Of a stretch of DNA of 64,000 bases, positions 45,579 to 55,739 are shown piece after piece. Under the pieces are notes generated by a model that saw only the letters and a program-made list of their open reading frames with translations, was not told the origin of the DNA and did no database searches. Both the position numbers and the translations under genes were made by a program. The stretch's first letter is position 1. Each line of letters begins with the position of its first letter. Origin of the DNA: Candidatus Iainarchaeum sp. (GTDB lineage Archaea; B1Sed10-29; WALL01); assembly GCA_021162685.1 (NCBI GenBank), contig JAGGYF010000028.1:4699-68698 (forward strand). The letters are read 5' to 3'.

Positions 45579-46627
45579 TAAAAAAACGAAAACTTGACCA
45601 TATTGAGATATGCACAGAGAAGGATGTGGAGGTTGGGAGCAATTGGTTTGAATATGTTCAGTTAATACATAATGCTGTTCCTGAGATAAATCTTGACGAT
45701 GTAGAGACAAAAACCACATTTCTCGGAAAAGAATTGAAAGCACCACTCATGGTCGCTGCTATAACTGGAGGAGTAGAAGAAGCCAAAGAGATAAACAAAT
45801 CACTGGCAAAGGTATGTGAGGAGTTCGGTATTGCATTCGGCCTTGGCTCACAAAGGGCAATGATAGAACATCCAGAACTATGGGATACATACTATGTAAG
45901 GGATGTTGCACCTAATATTCCTATTTTTGGAAATATTGGACTAGCAAATCTTGGTGATATAGGTATCAATGAGATTATAAAATCTATCAAAAGGGTTGAT
46001 GCAGATTTTCTGTGCGTGCATCTCAATGCTGCCCAGGAAGCAGCACAACCAGAAGGGAACACGCAATTTGCAGAGAAGATAAAGGAGTTGGCAAAACTAT
46101 CAAAGAAAATCCCCATAATTGCGAAAGAGGTTGGCAATGGCATATCAAGAGAAACAGCGATATTGCTGAAGGAGGCTGGAGTAAAGGCCATAGATGTCGG
46201 AGGATTTGGGGGAACAAGTTGGATCAAGGTTGAGGAGTACAGGAGTAAGAATAGTAGTGGATTTGTCAATTGGGGAATACCCACTGCTGCAGCCGTTATG
46301 GAATGTAGTGCTGTTGGTCTACCAATTATTGCAACAGGAGGCATAAGAAGAGGATTAGAATGTGCAAAAGCCATTGCGCTTGGTGCAAGCATATGTGGTA
46401 TGGCGTTGCCCTGTCTAAGATGGCATTACAAAGGAAAACTTAGGGAAAACATGAGCAATGTAATAAAAGAATTGAAAACCGCGATGTTCTTAACAGGAAG
46501 TAGAAGTATAGGTGAGCTAAAACAAACGAATGCTGTTATATCAGGCAAACTAAAGGAATGGTGTGAGGCGAGGTCTATTCCTATAAAACATTATGCAATG
46601 CGGAGAAGTCATTTAAAGATGTTCTAA
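45575..46627 (+). CDS. fni: isopentenyl-diphosphate delta-isomerase, type 2 (FMN-dependent)
   Basis: TIM-barrel IDI-2 motifs (LMVAAITGG, HLNAAQE, GGFGGTSW, ATGGIRRG). Confidence 0.85.
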   Translation: MIKKRKLDHIEICTEKDVEVGSNWFEYVQLIHNAVPEINLDDVETKTTFLGKELKAPLMVAAITGGVEEAKEINKSLAKVCEEFGIAFGLGSQRAMIEHPELWDTYYVRDVAPNIPIFGNIGLANLGDIGINEIIKSIKRVDADFLCVHLNAAQEAAQPEGNTQFAEKIKELAKLSKKIPIIAKEVGNGISRETAILLKEAGVKAIDVGGFGGTSWIKVEEYRSKNSSGFVNWGIPTAAAVMECSAVGLPIIATGGIRRGLECAKAIALGASICGMALPCLRWHYKGKLRENMSNVIKELKTAMFLTGSRSIGELKQTNAVISGKLKEWCEARSIPIKHYAMRRSHLKMF

Positions 46628-46640
46628 CATAGTTGATAGT

Positions 46641-48242
46641 ATGGACAAAACAATATTGAAATACGCATTGAAGAATGCACTTGATTATGGAAAAGCAAAT
46701 GAGAGGGCAGTTATTGCTAAGGTTATGGGGGAGCACCCAGAATGGAGAAAAAACGCCAAAGAGATCGTAAAAAGAACAAAGGAAATTATTGAGGAGATAG
46801 ACGCGTGGGATGATGATAAAAAAAGGAAGAAGCTCTTAGAGCTATGGCCAGATGTATTTGAAGAAAAAGAGAAAAAAGAAGAATTACCCGAACTTCCAGG
46901 AGCAGTTAAAGGAAACGTTGTTATGATGTTCCCACCAGAACCATCTAAATATCCACACATTGGGCATGCGAAAGCAGCATTATTGAACTATGTATATGCA
47001 AGGAAATACAATGGAACATTTATATTAAGATTTGAAGATTCAAATCCAGCAAAGGTTGAAGAACAGTATTACAAAATACAAGAAGAGGATTATAAATGGC
47101 TTGGGATGGAATGGGATAAAGTTGATTATATCTCTGACCACATGGACACATTTTATAGCATAGTGGAACGATTGTTGGCAGAGAAAAAAGCGTATGTTTG
47201 CACATGCGAGAAGGAGAAGATAAGGAGAGATAGGACAGAGAAAAAAGCGTGCGAATGTAGAGATGGAAGAAACAACAGGCTTTGGGAGGAGATAAAGAAA
47301 GGCGCAGGATATGTTGTCAGAATGAAGATAGATATGACACATAAGAATGCTGCTATGCGCGACCCCACAATCATGAGGGTTGTGGACAAGGAGCATCCAC
47401 GGACTGGAAACAAATACAAAGCATGGCCAACATACGAATTTGCTACATCTGTCATGGATGGTATTGAGGGCATAACCCACAGAATAAGATCAAAAGAGTT
47501 TGAAACAAAGAATGAAGTACAAGCATTTATGAGAACTGCTTGCGGTTTCCATAACCCTGTTATAATCTCAATAGGTAGATTGAATCTAGAAGGGATTGAA
47601 GCTGCTGGTAGGAAAAATAGAGAACTTGTTGAATCTGGAAAGTATATGGGATGGGATGACCCACGATTGCCAACCCTAAGGAGTTTCAAAAGAAGGGGAT
47701 TTAAACCAGAGGCCATAAAGGAGTTTGTCCTTAGGTCAGGCATATCAAAGGCGGATTCAACCTTGCCCATGAGCGTCCTTGAGTCAATAAACAGGAAGTA
47801 CATAGAACCAGAGGCAAACAGGTTGTTCTTTGTTCCAGATCCAAAGAAGATTGTTGTTGAGGGTATACCAAAAACAGTAGTAAGGCTAAAAAATCATCCC
47901 TCATTCCCAGAGAGAGGATTTAGAGAATACGTGCTTGAAGGAACTGTTACATTCTATGTTCCAGAGGTCCTCAATGAGTTCAGGTTGAAGGATGCATTTA
48001 ATGTAAAGGATGGCCAATACAATGGAGAAGAGTTAATGGACATACCAAAAATCCAATGGGTGCACGAGGGAAATCACGTAGAATGTAGTGTGGTTATGCC
48101 AGATGCCTCAATTGTAAGTGGGGTCATTGAAAAGGCCATTTTGGACGCAAAGGTGGGGCAGAGGTTCCAGCTCGAGAGGTTTGGATATGTAATCCTGGAT
48201 AGCCTTAAGGATGGTATCTCGTTCTGGTATACTCATAAGTAA
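46641..48242 (+). CDS. gltX: glutamyl-tRNA synthetase (archaeal/eukaryotic type)
   Basis: Class I HIGH motif PHIGHAKAA; archaeal GluRS/GlnRS catalytic core. Confidence 0.85.
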   Translation: MDKTILKYALKNALDYGKANERAVIAKVMGEHPEWRKNAKEIVKRTKEIIEEIDAWDDDKKRKKLLELWPDVFEEKEKKEELPELPGAVKGNVVMMFPPEPSKYPHIGHAKAALLNYVYARKYNGTFILRFEDSNPAKVEEQYYKIQEEDYKWLGMEWDKVDYISDHMDTFYSIVERLLAEKKAYVCTCEKEKIRRDRTEKKACECRDGRNNRLWEEIKKGAGYVVRMKIDMTHKNAAMRDPTIMRVVDKEHPRTGNKYKAWPTYEFATSVMDGIEGITHRIRSKEFETKNEVQAFMRTACGFHNPVIISIGRLNLEGIEAAGRKNRELVESGKYMGWDDPRLPTLRSFKRRGFKPEAIKEFVLRSGISKADSTLPMSVLESINRKYIEPEANRLFFVPDPKKIVVEGIPKTVVRLKNHPSFPERGFREYVLEGTVTFYVPEVLNEFRLKDAFNVKDGQYNGEELMDIPKIQWVHEGNHVECSVVMPDASIVSGVIEKAILDAKVGQRFQLERFGYVILDSLKDGISFWYTHK

Positions 48243-48248
48243 GCATAC

Positions 48249-48258
48249 ATTTATAAAT
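48249..48258 (+). promoter_or_regulatory. TATA-box-like element upstream of the L7Ae-S28e-L24e-adk operon
   Basis: ATTTATAAAT about 80 nt upstream of the rpl7ae ATG. Confidence 0.3.
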
Positions 48259-48334
48259 TCTAATGCTCAGAATATACTGCTAATTTTTATTAGCATCTGT
48301 GAAAGAGGCAAAAGCCGATGATTGAGGTGAGTAT

Positions 48335-48688
48335 ATGGCGTTTGAAGTACCGAAGGAAGTAGTTGAAAAGGTCTACGAAGCTGTAGAAATGGCAACAAAC
48401 ACTGGAAAGGTGAGAAAAGGAGTAAACGAAACAACAAAAGCTGTTGAGAGAGAACAGGCAAAGCTTGTCGTTATTGCATCAGATGTCTCCCCAGCAGAGA
48501 TTACAATGCATCTACCTATCCTATGCGATGAGAAGAACATTGTATATGTGTATGTTCCAACAAGGAAGGAGCTTGGGGAAGCAGTAGGTATATCTGTTGG
48601 AACAAGTGCTGTTGCAATAACTGAGCCAGGAAACGCAAAAGATATCATTGAGGACCTGAAAAAGAAGATTGCTGAACTGAAGAAGTAG
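48335..48688 (+). CDS. rpl7ae: 50S ribosomal protein L7Ae (K-turn binding)
   Basis: L7Ae/L30e fold ([24 protein letters not shown]). Confidence 0.9.
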   Translation: MAFEVPKEVVEKVYEAVEMATNTGKVRKGVNETTKAVEREQAKLVVIASDVSPAEITMHLPILCDEKNIVYVYVPTRKELGEAVGISVGTSAVAITEPGNAKDIIEDLKKKIAELKK

Positions 48689-48696
48689 GTGATCAG

Positions 48697-48912
48697 ATGG
48701 CAGAAGAAGAGCAGGGTGTTCCTGCAGAAGTGATGGAGATTGTTGGGAAGACTGGTGTCTATGGAGAGATACATCAAGTGATGGCAAAAGTACTGGAAGG
48801 AAGGGACAAGGGCAGAATACTGAGGAGAAACGTTAAGGGCCCTGTCAAAGTCGGTGACATTCTCATACTTATGGATACAAGAACAGAGGCAAAACAGATA
48901 AAAGCAAGGTGA
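48697..48912 (+). CDS. rps28e: 30S ribosomal protein S28e
   Basis: [47 protein letters not shown] is canonical S28e. Confidence 0.9.
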   Translation: MAEEEQGVPAEVMEIVGKTGVYGEIHQVMAKVLEGRDKGRILRRNVKGPVKVGDILILMDTRTEAKQIKAR

Positions 48913-48916
48913 GGAG

Positions 48917-49258
48917 ATGAAGTGTAGTTTTTGTGGTAGAGAGATTCCAAGAGGCACTGGGAAGATTATAGCCACAAGGGAAGGAGACATCTATTACATA
49001 TGCTCTTCAAAGTGCGAGAAGAACATGTTCAAATTGAAGAGAAAGCCACAGAAGGTAAAATGGACCATGAGATACCAATACGAGAAGAACATCAGGTCAT
49101 CTGAGCCAAAGAAAGAGGAAAAGGTTGAGAAGAAAAAGGTGAAGAAAAAGAAGACAACAAGACAGGAGAGAAGAAAAGCAAGATTAGAGAAGAAACTAGC
49201 AAAAAAGAGGAAGAAGCAGGAGCTCAAGAAGAAGTCAAAAGAAGAGGGAAAGCAATGA
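48917..49258 (+). CDS. rpl24e: 50S ribosomal protein L24e
   Basis: MKCSFCGREIPRGTGKI...YICSSKC zinc motif; K/E-rich C-terminal extension. Confidence 0.9.
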   Translation: MKCSFCGREIPRGTGKIIATREGDIYYICSSKCEKNMFKLKRKPQKVKWTMRYQYEKNIRSSEPKKEEKVEKKKVKKKKTTRQERRKARLEKKLAKKRKKQELKKKSKEEGKQ

Positions 49259-49896
49259 AAACCAGGGTGATTTTCCTTGGGCCTCCTGGCGCAGGCAAGG
49301 GAACATATGCCTCACGTATTATGGAACGGTTAAATATTCCGCAGATATCTACGGGTGACCTACTGAGGGAAGCAATAAGGAATAGGACAGAGATAGGAAT
49401 AAAAGCAGAAGAGTATGTAAGTCAAGGAAAGCTTGTGCCAGACGATATTGTCATAGAAATATTAAAACAACGTCTTGCGAAAGATGACTGTAAAAATGGG
49501 TTCATCCTGGATGGTTTTCCACGAACAATTGAACAAGCAAAAGCACTTGATAACATAACACATATTGATCTTGTGATAAATCTTGTTGTACCAGATGAGA
49601 TAATTGTCAAGAGGTTATCATCCAGGATTATATGCAAAAGGTGTGGGGCAGTGTACAACCTCATCACACTACCACCAAAAAAAGAAGGTATTTGTGATAA
49701 ATGCGGTGGTCCACTCTACCAAAGAGAGGATGATAAACCAGAGGTTATAATGCAACGGTTAGACGTCTACAAAAAACAAACTGCACCACTAGTAGAGTAT
49801 TATAGAAATAGAGGCATTTTAGTTGATATTGTCTGTGATAAAGTAGATACTCCTCCAGAAGAGGTTGTTGATAGGATAATTAAGATTATGAGGTGA
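49255..49896 (+). CDS. adk: adenylate kinase (long form with Zn-binding lid)
   Basis: P-loop GPPGAGKGT; lid Cys CKRCG...CDKCG. Confidence 0.85.
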   Translation: MKTRVIFLGPPGAGKGTYASRIMERLNIPQISTGDLLREAIRNRTEIGIKAEEYVSQGKLVPDDIVIEILKQRLAKDDCKNGFILDGFPRTIEQAKALDNITHIDLVINLVVPDEIIVKRLSSRIICKRCGAVYNLITLPPKKEGICDKCGGPLYQREDDKPEVIMQRLDVYKKQTAPLVEYYRNRGILVDIVCDKVDTPPEEVVDRIIKIMR

Positions 49897-49900
49897 TTAA

Positions 49901-50092
49901 ATGGTAAAAAAGAAGAAGCTTGTGAGGTCCAACAAAGGAACGCTTGCTGGTATATGCACGGGTATTGCTGAATATCTTGAACTAGACCCTGCATTAATCA
50001 AGTTCGTATTTTGGTGCTTCTTGCTGGCAACAGGCATGCTACCAGGAATAATAGCATACCTTATTGGCTTAGCAATAATACCAAAGGAATGA
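49901..50092 (+). CDS. PspC-domain small membrane protein
   Basis: GTLAGICTGIAEYLELDPALIKFVFWCFLL matches the PspC pattern, followed by a TM helix. Confidence 0.6.
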   Translation: MVKKKKLVRSNKGTLAGICTGIAEYLELDPALIKFVFWCFLLATGMLPGIIAYLIGLAIIPKE

Positions 50093-50203
50093 CTTATACA
50101 TTTATAAATGCAGATACTCATAACAATACTGCCTCGGGACTGGGCTGATTAAGTTCCCAAAAAAGTCGCTGAGGTGCACTAATTCAGAGAAGGATTTGGT
50201 CGG

Positions 50204-51964
50204 ATGAAGGTCAGACAACCAATAATCGCAGTTCTGGCGCATGTAGACCATGGAAAGACTACCCTACTTGATAAGATCAGGGATACTGCTATTGCTGCAA
50301 AGGAAGCTGGGGGGATAACGCAAGAGATTGGTGCAACTGTTGTTCCAAGAGAGGTAATTGAAAGTATTTGTGGAGAAGAATTGAAAAAATTAGGTGTAAA
50401 GCTTACAATACCTGGCTTGCTTTTCATTGATACACCTGGGCATGAAGCATTTACAAACCTGAGGAAAAGAGGAGGAAGTATCTCAGACCTAGCAATCCTT
50501 CTCATAGATGTAACAGCGGGCATACAACCACAAACAATTGAGTCCATAGAAATACTAAAGATGAATAAGGTTCCATTTGTTATTGGCCTTAACAAGATAG
50601 ACCTATTGCCTGGATGGGAGCCAAATGAAAACATGTGCTTTAAAGGAACTATAGAAAAACAGGCAAAGGATGTTCAATTAGAGCTTGACAAGAGATTGTA
50701 TGATATTGTTGGGAAGATGTATGAACTTGGATTTAACTGTGAGAGGTTTGATAGAGTAGATGATTTTACAAAGCAGATTGTCATAATACCTATATCTGCA
50801 AAAACAGGGGAAGGGATACCAGAACTTCTGCTGTTCATCTCTGGACTTACGCAAAAGTATATGGCAAACAAATTGGAGATAGATGAATCAAAGCCAGGTA
50901 GAGGCACAATTCTTGAAGTAAAAGAAGTAAAAGGAATGGGCACAACGATTGATGTGATCATCTATGATGGTGTAATAAGAAAAGGAGACACAATAGTTGT
51001 TGGAGGAAGAGACAAACCAATCATTACAAAGGTTAGGGCATTGCTTCAACCAAAACCACTACAAGAGATTAGGGATATAAAAAGGCAATTTGAACATGTA
51101 GATGAGGTTGTTGCAAGTGCAGGTGTGAAAATTATAGCACCAGGGCTTGAAGATGCTGTTGCAGGTTCAACTGTATGCGTAGCAAGTGAACGTGTTGATG
51201 AAATTGTTGATGAAGTTGCTTCTGAAATGAGAGCAATGGAAGTTGAGACAGATAAGAATGGTATCATAGTAAAAACAAACTCATTAGGAAGTTTAGAGGC
51301 ACTGATCCATCTCCTTGGAAAGTACAATATCCCAATAAGAAGAGCATCTGTAGGGAATGTGACAAAGAGAGATGTGGTAGAAGCAGAATCAGTTGAGGAG
51401 TTTAATCACTATCTCGGAGTTATATTCGCATTTAACACAAAGGTGCTTGATGAAGCAAGAGATGAGGCAGAGGAAGCAGGTATTAAAATATTTGAAACAG
51501 ATGTTATATACAAACTTGTTGAAGAATATGAGAAATGGAAGGAAGAGGAGAAAAAGAGGGAGATTGAGGAATTATTGAAAAGCAACCTCTATCCTGTGAA
51601 AATAGAGATATTACGTGGGTATGTATTCAGAAAAAGCAAACCTGCTATTGTTGGCGTAGAGGTTTTGGATGGTATACTAAAATCTCCGTTACCTATTATG
51701 AACGAAAATGGTAGGAGAGTAGGGAAGATAAAAAGCATACAGAAAGAAGGGGAAAATGTTGAAAAAGCGGAGAAAGGAGAGAGAGTGGCTGTGTCTATTG
51801 AAGGCGTTACAATTGGTAGACAGATAAAAGAGGGAGATATATTATATGCTAACATTCCTCTGAAACAGATTCCTGAACTTGAAGAGGAAGTAGAGCATAA
51901 GGAACTGTTAGAGGAAATAAAGATAGTAAAAAAGAAACATAAACTAATGGAGGAAAGAACATGA
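50204..51964 (+). CDS. infB: translation initiation factor aIF5B (IF2 homolog)
   Basis: GTPase G1 [13 protein letters not shown]3 DTPGHEAF, NKID; four-domain aIF5B, no intein. Confidence 0.9.
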   Translation: MKVRQPIIAVLAHVDHGKTTLLDKIRDTAIAAKEAGGITQEIGATVVPREVIESICGEELKKLGVKLTIPGLLFIDTPGHEAFTNLRKRGGSISDLAILLIDVTAGIQPQTIESIEILKMNKVPFVIGLNKIDLLPGWEPNENMCFKGTIEKQAKDVQLELDKRLYDIVGKMYELGFNCERFDRVDDFTKQIVIIPISAKTGEGIPELLLFISGLTQKYMANKLEIDESKPGRGTILEVKEVKGMGTTIDVIIYDGVIRKGDTIVVGGRDKPIITKVRALLQPKPLQEIRDIKRQFEHVDEVVASAGVKIIAPGLEDAVAGSTVCVASERVDEIVDEVASEMRAMEVETDKNGIIVKTNSLGSLEALIHLLGKYNIPIRRASVGNVTKRDVVEAESVEEFNHYLGVIFAFNTKVLDEARDEAEEAGIKIFETDVIYKLVEEYEKWKEEEKKREIEELLKSNLYPVKIEILRGYVFRKSKPAIVGVEVLDGILKSPLPIMNENGRRVGKIKSIQKEGENVEKAEKGERVAVSIEGVTIGRQIKEGDILYANIPLKQIPELEEEVEHKELLEEIKIVKKKHKLMEERT

Positions 51965-52368
51965 AGATAGTTGTGTCTAACCCAGAGGATGGGAAAAGCT
52001 ACCAAAAAGAGCTAGAAAAAGCACAGGAGAAGACATTATACGGAAAAAGGATAGGTGATAAGATCAGTGGCGACACAATAGGACTTACAGGATACGAACT
52101 AGTGATTACAGGTGGTTCTGACAAGCAGGGATTTCCAATGAGGGCAGACCTCCACGGTACAGCAAGAAAGAAGGTCTTACTCTCAAAAGGTCCTGGCTTT
52201 CATCCAAAGAGAAAGGGTGAGCGAAGGAGAAAAAGTGTGCGTGGAAATACAATATCAGAAGAGATTGCACAAGTGAACATGAAGGTCTCTAAGAAAGGAA
52301 AGGAGCCGCTTGAGAAATTGTTTGGAAAAGGTGAAGAGGAGAAAAAGGAAGAAAAGGAGAAGAAGTGA
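51961..52368 (+). CDS. rps6e: 30S ribosomal protein S6e
   Basis: S6e family (GFPMRADLHGTARKKVLLSKGPGF). Confidence 0.85.
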   Translation: MKIVVSNPEDGKSYQKELEKAQEKTLYGKRIGDKISGDTIGLTGYELVITGGSDKQGFPMRADLHGTARKKVLLSKGPGFHPKRKGERRRKSVRGNTISEEIAQVNMKVSKKGKEPLEKLFGKGEEEKKEEKEKK

Positions 52369-52372
52369 GTAG

Positions 52373-53563
52373 ATGTCAGAACAAGCAGAGGTAAATATTG
52401 GGTTGGTAGGTCATGTAGACCATGGAAAGACAACGATAGTCAAAGCACTAACAGGAGTATGGACAGATACCCACAGCGAGGAACTGAAGAGAGGGATAAC
52501 AATAAGACTAGGGTATGCAGATGTTGAATTTAGAAGGTGTGAATCGTGTGGAAAGTACACAGTATCAGAGATGTGCGGGAAGTGCAACCATAAGACAAAA
52601 TCAGTAAGGAGGGTTGCGTTCGTTGATGCACCTGGACATGAAACACTGATGACAGTAATGATATCGGGAGCAGCGATAATGGATGGCGCGTTATTGGTAA
52701 TTGCAGCAAATGAACATTGCCCACAACCACAGACATACGAACACCTGATGGCATTGGACATTGTAGGAGTGAAGAATATTGTAATAGTACAAAACAAAGT
52801 GGACCTAGTGACAAAAGAAGAAGCTATGAAGAACTACAAGGAGATCAAAGCATTTGTAAAAGGGACAATCGCAGAGAATGCTCCGATTATACCAGTGGCT
52901 GCACACCATGGATTAAACATAGATGCCCTTATTGAAGCAATTGAAGAGTATATACCAACACCAAAAAGAGATGAGAAAAAACCAGCAAGGATGTTTGTGG
53001 CGAGAAGTTTTGACGTAAACAAGCCAGGAACACCTATTGAGAAATTGAATGGAGGAGTAGTAGGAGGAAGCTTAATACAGGGGAAACTAAAAATCGGAGA
53101 TGAGATAGAGATAAGGCCAGGGATAAGCAGAGACAACAAATGGATGACAATAAAAACAAAGGTCACAGGGCTTAGTACATGTGGGAAAAATGTCAAAGAG
53201 GCAAGACCTGGTGGGCTTATAGGTGTTGCAACATCTCTTGACCCTGCACTAACAAAAACAGATATGCTTGTTGGGAGTATTGTCGGCGCAACAGGAACAT
53301 TGCCACCTGTGCTGGCAGAACTAACCCTTGATGTAACACTCATGGAAAGAGCAGTAGGTGTTGAGAAAGTAGACCCACTCCGCATTGGAGAACCCATCGT
53401 GATAAGCGCGGGCACTGCAACGACATTGGGCACAGTGACTTCTGCAAAACCTGTGAAGGTTTCTTTAAAGCGGCCGGTATGCGCAGAAAAGGGATGGAAT
53501 GTAGCAATAAGTAGAAGAGTAGGAAACAGATGGAGGCTAATAGGTTATGGCAAGATCATATAA
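52373..53563 (+). CDS. eif2g: translation initiation factor 2 subunit gamma
   Basis: GHVDHGKTT, zinc ribbon CESCGKY...CGKC, DAPGHE. Confidence 0.9.
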   Translation: MSEQAEVNIGLVGHVDHGKTTIVKALTGVWTDTHSEELKRGITIRLGYADVEFRRCESCGKYTVSEMCGKCNHKTKSVRRVAFVDAPGHETLMTVMISGAAIMDGALLVIAANEHCPQPQTYEHLMALDIVGVKNIVIVQNKVDLVTKEEAMKNYKEIKAFVKGTIAENAPIIPVAAHHGLNIDALIEAIEEYIPTPKRDEKKPARMFVARSFDVNKPGTPIEKLNGGVVGGSLIQGKLKIGDEIEIRPGISRDNKWMTIKTKVTGLSTCGKNVKEARPGGLIGVATSLDPALTKTDMLVGSIVGATGTLPPVLAELTLDVTLMERAVGVEKVDPLRIGEPIVISAGTATTLGTVTSAKPVKVSLKRPVCAEKGWNVAISRRVGNRWRLIGYGKII

Positions 53564-53921
53564 GGTGATCATAGATGCAAACTTTGCAATGGTTCCAGTG
53601 CAATTCAGGGTGGACATATACAACGAATTAAAAAGAATTATAGATAGGAGATTTGAATTAATCACGTTCACACCAATCATAGAGGAGATAAAAGGAATAA
53701 AAGGGGGGAAACTCGCGATTGAGATCATGAAAAAGAATGGCGTAAAGATAATAGAAACAAAAGAGAAAACAGGGGACAAAGCAATAATGGACCACATAAA
53801 AGCCAGAGAAACGATTGTGTGTACAAATGATAAAGAACTGGAGAAGAAACTGAGGGAAAAAGGTGTGACTGTAATATATTTGAGAGGTAAAAAAAAGATT
53901 GAGGCAAAAGGAGAGGTATAG
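53547..53921 (+). CDS. PIN-domain protein
   Basis: N-terminal VIIDANF motif with acidic residues; conserved archaeal position between eIF2gamma and rpoE. Confidence 0.6.
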   Translation: MARSYKVIIDANFAMVPVQFRVDIYNELKRIIDRRFELITFTPIIEEIKGIKGGKLAIEIMKKNGVKIIETKEKTGDKAIMDHIKARETIVCTNDKELEKKLREKGVTVIYLRGKKKIEAKGEV

Positions 53922-53933
53922 GAGGATGAGAGT

Positions 53934-54518
53934 ATGTATAAATTGCTGTCCATAAAAGATACAGTTAGAGTACCACCAAAAGAGTTTGGTACTGACATAA
54001 AAAAATCCATCATAAAGGTGTTGAGAGAAAAATATGAGAGCAGGATAGACCCAGAGCTTGGTGTAATCCTATCCATATCCAATATAAGAGATATCAGCAA
54101 GGGGAGGATTATCCCAGGTGACGGAGCAAGCTATCATGACCTTGTATTTGATGTGCTCATCTTCTCTCCAAAATTACATGAAACAGTTATGGGAAGAGTG
54201 TCAGAAATCGCACAATTCGGAGCATTTGTACGAATTGGTCCAATAGATGGGCTTGTGCATATATCCCAGGTAACAGATGATTTTATATCATATAATGAAA
54301 AGACTGGGGTTTTATCAGGAAAGGAATCTGGAAAGGTGTTGAAGGTGGGAGACATCGTAAGGGCAAAGGTTGTTACATTGAGCTTAAAATCTTCCATCAC
54401 AGATAGCAAGATAGGATTAACCATGAGGCAACCTGGACTTGGAAAACTTGAATGGATAGAGCAGAAGAAAAAGGAAGAGAAGAAGAAGGCGAAGAAAGGG
54501 AAAAAAGGTGGTGAGTAA
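53934..54518 (+). CDS. rpoE: DNA-directed RNA polymerase subunit E (Rpb7 homolog)
   Basis: N-terminal RNP-like plus S1 domain (GRVSEIAQFGAFVRIGPIDGLVHISQV). Confidence 0.85.
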   Translation: MYKLLSIKDTVRVPPKEFGTDIKKSIIKVLREKYESRIDPELGVILSISNIRDISKGRIIPGDGASYHDLVFDVLIFSPKLHETVMGRVSEIAQFGAFVRIGPIDGLVHISQVTDDFISYNEKTGVLSGKESGKVLKVGDIVRAKVVTLSLKSSITDSKIGLTMRQPGLGKLEWIEQKKKEEKKKAKKGKKGGE

Positions 54519-54713
54519 ATGCCATCAGAAAAAGCATGTAAACACTGTAAACTTATAGTACAGAAGGGGGACAAATGCCCACTTTGTGGAAGCACAGAAT
54601 TAACAACGAGTTGGAAAGGGTATGTCATCATATTCAACCCAGAGGTCTCAGAGATTGCAAAGAAGATGGGGATAAACGCCCCAGGAAAATATGCACTGAG
54701 GATTGGTAAATAA
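54519..54713 (+). CDS. spt4: transcription elongation factor Spt4 (RpoE'')
   Basis: CKHCK...CPLCGS zinc ribbon; 64 aa; conserved position after rpoE. Confidence 0.8.
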   Translation: MPSEKACKHCKLIVQKGDKCPLCGSTELTTSWKGYVIIFNPEVSEIAKKMGINAPGKYALRIGK

Positions 54714-55201
54714 TGTATACTATAACTGAAGATTTGAAAAAAGAGTTGAAAAAGCCACTTGGTGATCTTACTAATGATTTCCCTACTGGTAAGGAGATAA
54801 TAACAGTTGGAGATGTGTGCTCAAGGGATGCATTACTAAAGGGCATAGAACCAAAGCTTCTTGTGTACGATAATATGATTGAGAGGAAGCCATCTGACGA
54901 CGAGACAAAAAGGATAATTGAAAATTGGAATGTTATAACACTTAAAGTAAAAAACGATGCTGGCACAATTAGCGAACAATCAATTAAATCAATAGAGCTA
55001 GCATTGACTAGTGATGGGAAGTATAAGGTAGAGGTTGAGGGAGAAGAAGACCTATTGACATTGATATGTGTACTCTATGCAGAGGTGGGAACTGCTGTAT
55101 GTTATGGCCAACCAGGGGAAGGTATTGTTGTAGTTGATGTTAATAAATCATCAAAGGATATGGTTAAAGATATTCTTTCAAGAATGGAGGTTAGAAAATG
55201 A
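54713..55201 (+). CDS. DUF359 family protein (GTP-dependent dephospho-CoA kinase candidate)
   Basis: DUF359 pattern with GEED motif (EVEGEEDLLTL); conserved archaeal neighbour of spt4/S24e. Confidence 0.6.
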   Translation: MYTITEDLKKELKKPLGDLTNDFPTGKEIITVGDVCSRDALLKGIEPKLLVYDNMIERKPSDDETKRIIENWNVITLKVKNDAGTISEQSIKSIELALTSDGKYKVEVEGEEDLLTLICVLYAEVGTAVCYGQPGEGIVVVDVNKSSKDMVKDILSRMEVRK

Positions 55202-55542
55202 ACATAGAAATAAAAAACGAGCGAGTAAATAGGCTCTTGAACAGAACAGAGATTGAGTGTATTGCTGAGGGATATAATGTAACACCTTCAAGAGAGGAGA
55301 TAGTAAAACAGATTGCAGCTAAGAAGGGAGTAAGCGAAAATCAGGTCCTAGTGGACAAGATAGAACAGGAATATGGAACAAATAGGGCAAGGGTATACGT
55401 AAAAGTGTACGAATCAGAAAAAGCGCTTCAAACAACAGAACCAAAATACAAGATTGAAAGGCACAAAAAGAAAAAGGAGGAGAAGGAGGAAGCACCAAAG
55501 GAAAGTAGTGAAGAGACAAAAGAGGAGAAGAAGGAGGAGTAA
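55198..55542 (+). CDS. rps24e: 30S ribosomal protein S24e
   Basis: S24e family with K/E-rich tail. Confidence 0.9.
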   Translation: MNIEIKNERVNRLLNRTEIECIAEGYNVTPSREEIVKQIAAKKGVSENQVLVDKIEQEYGTNRARVYVKVYESEKALQTTEPKYKIERHKKKKEEKEEAPKESSEETKEEKKEE

Positions 55543-55544
55543 CT

Positions 55545-55739
55545 ATGGCAGAGAAGAAGGGTAAAAGAAAAAAGAGGCAGAGAAGAAGGGTAAAGAAGAG
55601 CAGCTTTTATGAGGTAAAGGAAGGCAAGATAGTAAAAAAGAGGCAGGAATGCCCTAAATGTGGTGCTGGCGTTTTTATGGCCGAGCATAAAGATAGGTAT
55701 ACGTGTGGAAGGTGTGGTTATACAAAGTGGAAAAAATGA
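55545..55739 (+). CDS. rps27ae: 30S ribosomal protein S27ae
   Basis: CPKCG...CGRCG zinc ribbon, basic N-terminus. Confidence 0.9.
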   Translation: MAEKKGKRKKRQRRRVKKSSFYEVKEGKIVKKRQECPKCGAGVFMAEHKDRYTCGRCGYTKWKK

